A model generated the notes under the pieces. It was not told where the DNA came from. It made no database searches and saw nothing but the letters and a program-made list of their open reading frames with translations. Shown here piece after piece: positions 58,101-64,000 of a DNA stretch of 64,000 nucleotides. The DNA is taken from assembly GCF_009914755.1 (NCBI RefSeq), contig NC_060935.1. One strand, written 5' to 3'. Within the stretch, counting starts at the first letter, position 1. Every line of letters begins with the position of its first letter. The position numbers and the translations under genes are program-made. The DNA comes from the human T2T-CHM13v2.0 reference genome, Homo sapiens.

Positions 58101-61100
58101 ATGCAAGCTTTGTCTCAGCTAATCAATTATCTTGGACAATGGCTTTACTTGTCTGGATCACTATTTCCTTATTTGTTAAAAATAAAATGTTATAATAACC
58201 CAAGCCATATAATAATATGTCATGCATACCTGACAGTTTTGTAGGAATAAAATGCATCTTATGTAAAAACACTTGGTAAAAGTTCTGTACAGTAATAGAG
58301 TTATTGTCATTAGTAATAATAGCAAAAACACTTTTAACTTGAGGAGTGGGGGCATCACATAATTCTGGGATTGTGTTAGCTTTACTAGATATTGGTAATA
58401 TAATCTTGGGGAATGCACATACATTTTCTTCCAAGTCTGAGTTTGGTTGGATGTTAAATAAGAAACATATAACACATAGGGTTGTGGTACATAAAGGATT
58501 TACTGTAGTGCCTGACACATGTGTGCTTAATAAATACTAGCTCTTATTTTTGTAATTTTCCATAAATAACATGCAAATATATCTGGAGTTTAGTTTCTTC
58601 ATCAGAAAGAAATTAAGTAACCATGCACAGAGGTATTATAAAAAACACAAACACTCCGATAATTTGAAATCGCAATAGTAAAATGGGGAGCAATGAAGAG
58701 AATTGGAGTATATTGAGCTCACCTTATTGTGAAATCCAATACTCAAAGCCATTTAGTGTTATGACAACTCACAAGATAAATCCATTTTACAGATGGGAAC
58801 ACTAAGATTATGAAAGTTAGAACAACGCTCAAAGTCATATTTTGTAGGTGGCAAATCTGAGATTCAAAATTTGATTTTTCTTTCTTCAAGGCTTGTGTCC
58901 ATTCTCTATGAAATAAGACTGTGTGTTTCTAGGTGGACAGATTCCTCCATTTAAATAATTGTTTCCCCACATGTCAGTTAAAGATTATGGAGCTGTTGTC
59001 ATCCTAATACTTTTTATTCCTAGCCCTGATGATCATTATGTCTTAACATCCAATTTTTTTGCCCTCATTTCATGTGTCATTCGTTATTGATTGTCTTTTT
59101 TTTTTCAAAGCCATCCCAGGGTTTAGATAATCTATGAATACAAATTTGATGGTATATGTTGTGTTCTATTTACCCAGTCCTTAAACTATATCCTCGTGTT
59201 CTTGAATAATTATCTCCTGTCCAAGTAAGTCTAGAATCATCCCAGTGGTTTATGTTGTCAAAACCAAAAATTCATTTTAGAAGTATTACTTAATAAAAAA
59301 TTATCTGACAATTTGTGTGTTCGACGCTTACTTGGTGTACACATACACAGGCATAGAGATAAAAATTTGGAAACAAACTACCAGAAATTCATACTATATA
59401 TAAGAAAATGTAGGCATGGAAGTAGAAAAGGAGAGGAAAATAGATATGTACTTTAAAAACTGAACAAATGAAACACAGCATAGAGCAAATTTGTATTCAT
59501 GGATTGTCTGAACACTGAGACAGCTGTTAAAAGACCATCAATAATAAATGACACATGGAATGAGGACAAAAATCAGATATTAAGAGATAATGATCGGGAC
59601 TATGAATAAAAAGTATCAGGATTACAACAGCTCTACATTCTGTAACTGACGTGGGAGAACAATGACTCATACATTATACAGGTGTAAATTAAGTAGAAGG
59701 AAGGGTAATGTAAAACACTGAGGAATTTTCATTCTACCTGCCTTTTTTGGACATATCAAAGGCTTTTGAAGACCTTTTTTTCTCTTCTTCTTTAAACAAT
59801 TTCAAACATATACAAGTAGTAACAAGAATCATACCAAGAAAGTGTTTTTTTTTTAACGAATAGCTTAAGTGCTCTCATTACCCCAAAGACTTTAGTGGGG
59901 ATTTCCTACTAACAGTGACATTCCCTAAGAGAAATTTGATCGCTCTTTGCTTTAATATCTTATATGTCTTGAAGTTAAAGTTCCTCAGGGGCAGAGATAT
60001 ACATATTTTGCCCACTTATTTATTGATACGTTCAACAAATATTTATTTAGTGTGTGTATGTTGGGGTGGAAATCTGGGGTGCTGGTAATGCATGGTTATT
60101 TGATGTGAGTCCTGCTTACATGGCTGTGTGCAGTCGAAGAAGAATTATCAAGCTATATGCTTATTCCATAAGGACTTTTCCATATGTATTTAAACACACA
60201 CAAAATCTGAAAATGTGATGCAGCTACACCTAAAATAAAGCTTATGTGATAGCTGCCCAACAATGTGAATGTATTTAATGCCACTGAGCAATACACTTAA
60301 ATGTGGCTGCAATGGTAAATTTTATGCTGTGTACATTTTACAATAGAAAAAAAATAAATTTTATGAGTGTTGTACAAAAGAGAAAGTGAGAGAATAATTT
60401 CAGTTATTTCTGTGGGCTTATTGAAAGGATGTGCAGGCTTTTTGAAAGGATGTGTAATAAAGGATATACAGTAATAAATTCAGTTTCTTCCATAGAACTA
60501 AATGAGTTCTGTTTATAGGCTTGCCTGCTATTCTCAAATTCTGCATTATGTTTTATCTTAAAAGGTAGTCATTTGGTTACTTGAAAAACATCTGGAATCA
60601 TGAAGATCTGATACAATATATATGTAATTTTTGGGGGGGGTCAAGGTATGTGTTATGTTTATCATACCTTTATTCACAATACCCCTAGATGGAAAGCGCC
60701 TCGTGTTATTTTCAAGCAAGAATTTGAGGATATTTCAAAGTTTCTTCAGCAGTTAAGAGTTTAATTATTCTCCTGAATGATACCTACAGAATTCATTGTT
60801 TACATGAATCTCCTGCCATTTTTAGATCCAATTTATCTGGATTTTTCTGCCTTGTAAGACATGAGATTCTGGGCATGTTACTAAACTCTAGTTTCTTCAT
60901 CCCTAAAAGGGGCAACAAATTTTACCTAATTTATAAAATTATTGTGAAAAGTAATGTAATGCAAGCAGAGTTACTGTATCTGGCATACAATACACATTCC
61001 ATAATGCTTATTATTATTTATTAAATGTTTTCCATGTATTTTCTATATATCCATGATTGTACCAAATCATCAAGATACAGTGACAAAATAGTCATGGTTG

Positions 61101-61661
61101 TGGCCCAAACAGGGATTATAAACAGTAAGTTTTCTATTGTAATCTAGGAGAACTACAGGAACAATGCAAATATATAAGAAGGAAATTCAACTTCAAAGTG
61201 TGAAGGGGTGCTATCAATAAAATTTCTGTGAAGAAAGTTGGTTAAAAAGTATGAATACAAAGTAGTTAATTCTGAATTCATTGTTTTGCACTGAGAAATG
61301 CATGTTGATTACAACATGAATTTATATATCTCATAAATATATTGCCAATTATAACAATTATGAAAGTTTTACTCTTTAATTTATTACAAAGTTATTTTTT
61401 TCCTTAGAGATTTTGTATATTTGAATTATTTGCCATTTGGAAGAAAGTTCCAGTGGTCCTTCTACAATTCATTTTTTTCTTTTTCTCCTGCTTTCTTGTT
61501 TATCAACTATTTTACTGGGTTTTTGAAACCATTCTTTTAAACATGATGATTTCCCTGTTTCCCGTAAAAACATCATTATCTAAAACAGAAACCAGGACAT
61601 GCGTTAGTGAAAAATACCCAGTATTTTATGCAAGTATTAGCTATCCAGAAACTAATCTTAA

Positions 61662-61792
61662 CCCATTTTTGCCTGAGGTTGCAATTTTTTGAATTTTTGC
61701 AGCCAGACCTTGGCAATGACCTTGAGTAGTAGGATATAAATAACTCCCACATGCTTAGCATTCCAATAATGGAACAATAAGCATAAATTGGT
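61662..61792 (-). mobile_element. MER85 piggyBac MITE
   Basis: TTAA|CCCATTTTTGCCTGAGGTTGC...GCATAAATTGGT|TTAA: TTAA target sites, terminal inverted repeats, internal palindrome TTCCAATAATGGAA. Confidence 0.9.
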
Positions 61793-62649
61793 TTAAAGAA
61801 GCTGGTGTCAGCTATTAACTCCAGGTTGCTTAAACAGCAGCCACCTAGTACATCAGGTAATTTTACCTGTTCAAAGTCAGCCATCAGGACCAACTCGATT
61901 CAAATAAAATAATCGAATATTGTCTAAAAACTCACAACTCCCTTTCTCTCCAAAAAGTTTATCAAATCTCTTTCAACATCCAGAATTCTTGAGCCAAAGC
62001 ATATTTCTTATTTCAATCTCCTTTAGTCGTTACTGTTACTATTCCTTTGTTACTTCTTATTTGTTTGCTCTTTGAAACATACCTCTCAGGCATGGCTACC
62101 TCTCTGTTTTTTCTATTTTTGTGGAATAGAATGTTAATAAATCTAATTTTTTAAAATGCACATGGTAAACTAAAATAAGAAAAGAACAAATTGATTTTTC
62201 TCTCTGGCCCCTTTGACCCAGATGTCTGTCCATGGTTTTTCGAGCCTAACTTAAAGAGCCCTGAGCAGCTACCTCCCCTCCACCTGTGGCTTATGGGAAA
62301 TAAATGCTGGGCTGATACTGACACACCAGAGTTTTGAATTTTGCTCTGTTTTTCACCGAGGTTATGACCCATCACTCAGAAGCTGATAAAAATTCGCCCA
62401 TCCACTAAGCCAGACAAGTTAACATTAGGAGACATGTTTTTCTGCTACAAGTATGGTAATTGTGAAAAGCACCTACTGAACAGCAGATCAAAAGCTGAGA
62501 TACCAATAATTATTATTTTTTTTGCCCAGATATTAAGTAGCTGCTTTATTATGAGAGTGTTTTTCTGCTCTGAAACTTTATACGTAGAAATTGTTATTAT
62601 TTCAATAGGACTGTAAAGGTGATTTTGTATACAGCCAATATTTTATAAC

Positions 62650-63000
62650 ATTTTTTTCAGCATTACTGAGTAAAATGGACAAATAAAATTTATATATATT
62701 TGAGGTGTACAGTGTGATGCATTGGTATACGTATATGTTGTGAAATGATTTCCACAATCAAGCTAGTTAACATATTTATCATTTCACGTAATTACCTTTT
62801 CTTATTCTTTGTTGTAAGAGTACTTAGAATCCACTCTCTTAGCAAATTTCAAGTATATAATGCATTACTATTAACTGTAGTCACCATGCTGTACATTGGG
62901 TCTTCAGAACTTATTCATCTTGTAACTGACAGTTTGTACCTTTTGACAAGCATCTTGCCCATTTCCCCCACCCTGGGCCCCGGTAACATTCTATGAGGTC
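62650..63000 (-). mobile_element. L1MA-type 3' end (antisense)
   Basis: AATCAAGCTAGTTAACATAT...CTCTTAGCAAATTTCAAGTATATAAT...AGTCACCATGCTGTACATT. Confidence 0.88.
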
Positions 63001-64000
63001 TGACATAAAAACAGACACACAGGCCAACGGAACAAAATAGAAGACTCAGAAATAAACTCACATGTATATAATCAATTAATCTTTGACAAAGGCACCAAGA
63101 ATATATAATGGGAAAAGAATAGTCTCTTTAACAAATTGTATTAGAAAAACTGAATATTCATATGCAAAAAAGTAAAACAGAATCCTTATGTCATACACAA
63201 AAATCAACTCAGCCGGGCTCAGTGGCTCACGCCTGTAATCTCAGCACTTTGGGAGGCCGAGGCGGGCGGATCACGAGGTCAGGAACTCAAGACCATCCTG
63301 GCTGATACGGTGAAACCCGTCTCTACTAAAAATACAAAAAATTAGCCAGGCATGGTGGCGGGCGCGCCTGTGGTCCCAGCTACTTGGGAGGCTGAGGCAG
63401 AAGAATGGCGTGAACCCGGAGGCGGAGCTTGCAGTGAGCTGAGATTGTGCCACTGCACTCCAGCCTGGGTGACAGAGTGAGACTCCGTCTCAAAAAAATA
63501 AATAAATAAAAAATAAAAAAATCAACTCAAATGGATTCCAGACTTAAACCTGAAATCACAAAATTCCTAGAAGAAAATATGGGAGAAATGTTCCATGACA
63601 ACTGTCTTGGCAATGAATTTTTAGATATAACATCAAAAGCACAGGCAACAAAATAAAAAATAAGTAGGACTACATCAAACTAAACAGTTTCTACACAACA
63701 AAGGAAAGAGGCAATAAAAAAGGCAACCTAGAGAATGGGAGAAAATACTTGTAAACTATACATGCAATAAGGGATTACTATTCAAAATATGTAGGAAACT
63801 TACACAACTCAGTAACACAAATAAACACAAATAGCTTGATTTAAAAAATAAGCAAAGAGCCTGAATAGACATATTCCAAAGAAGACACACAAATAGCCAA
63901 CAGGTATATTAAAATGTGCTCATTATCACTGATCATCAGGTAAATGCAAATCCAATACAAGGTGAGCTATCACCTCATACCTGTTAGAATGGCTACTACC
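63001..64000 (+). mobile_element. L1 ORF2 3' region (sense), runs off the window
   Basis: CATAAAAACAGACAC, TTTGACAAAGGCACCAAGAA, CCTAGAAGAAAA, GAATGGGAGAAAATA, ACCTGTTAGAATGGCTA. Confidence 0.9.
63212..63516 (+). mobile_element. AluY with 13-bp TSD
   Basis: GGATCACGAGGTCAGG, GAATGGCGTGAACCCGG, GGAGCTTGCAGTG; TSD AAAAATCAACTCA (63199-63211, 63517-63529). Confidence 0.95.

Noticed and set aside
58123-58518. 131-aa minus-strand ORF (and 112-aa ORF at 10119-10457)
   Set aside because: No recognisable domain, AT-biased composition, non-ATG starts; length within chance expectation for 64 kb.

Overview
AT-rich, CpG-poor primate (human-like, catarrhine) genomic DNA with no CpG island and no convincing host protein-coding exon. 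It reads as intergenic or deep-intronic sequence made mostly of transposable-element fossils. The centrepiece is a heavily deleted HERV-W (HERV17) provirus on the + strand (~39460-44163). It retains the pre-gag leader with a 272-bp internal duplication, broken gag, protease, an RNase H remnant, a 257-codon integrase ORF with intact HHCC and D,D(35)E, a broken syncytin-1-like env 5' part and only the last ~63 bp of the 3' LTR. It abuts a truncated THE1 element nested in an old L1. An independent solo LTR17 (HERV-W LTR) lies at 4634-5418. Other elements are ERV1/MaLR/ERVL LTRs (MER61-like x2, MER4, LTR8, MER39-like, MER93-like, MST, MLT1, MLT2), Alus, L1/L2/MIR fragments and DNA-transposon MITEs (MER53, MER85, MER58, MER5, MER63-like). 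Most interesting: a perfect 20-bp p53 response element in a MER61 LTR (54421-54440), a piggyBac MER85 retaining its palindrome, the deletion/duplication history of the HERV-W locus, and a probable twin-primed inverted L1 at the right edge. Repeat subfamily names come from recalled consensus sequences, not a search, and old-repeat boundaries are approximate. I found no evidence of a genuinely new biological system.
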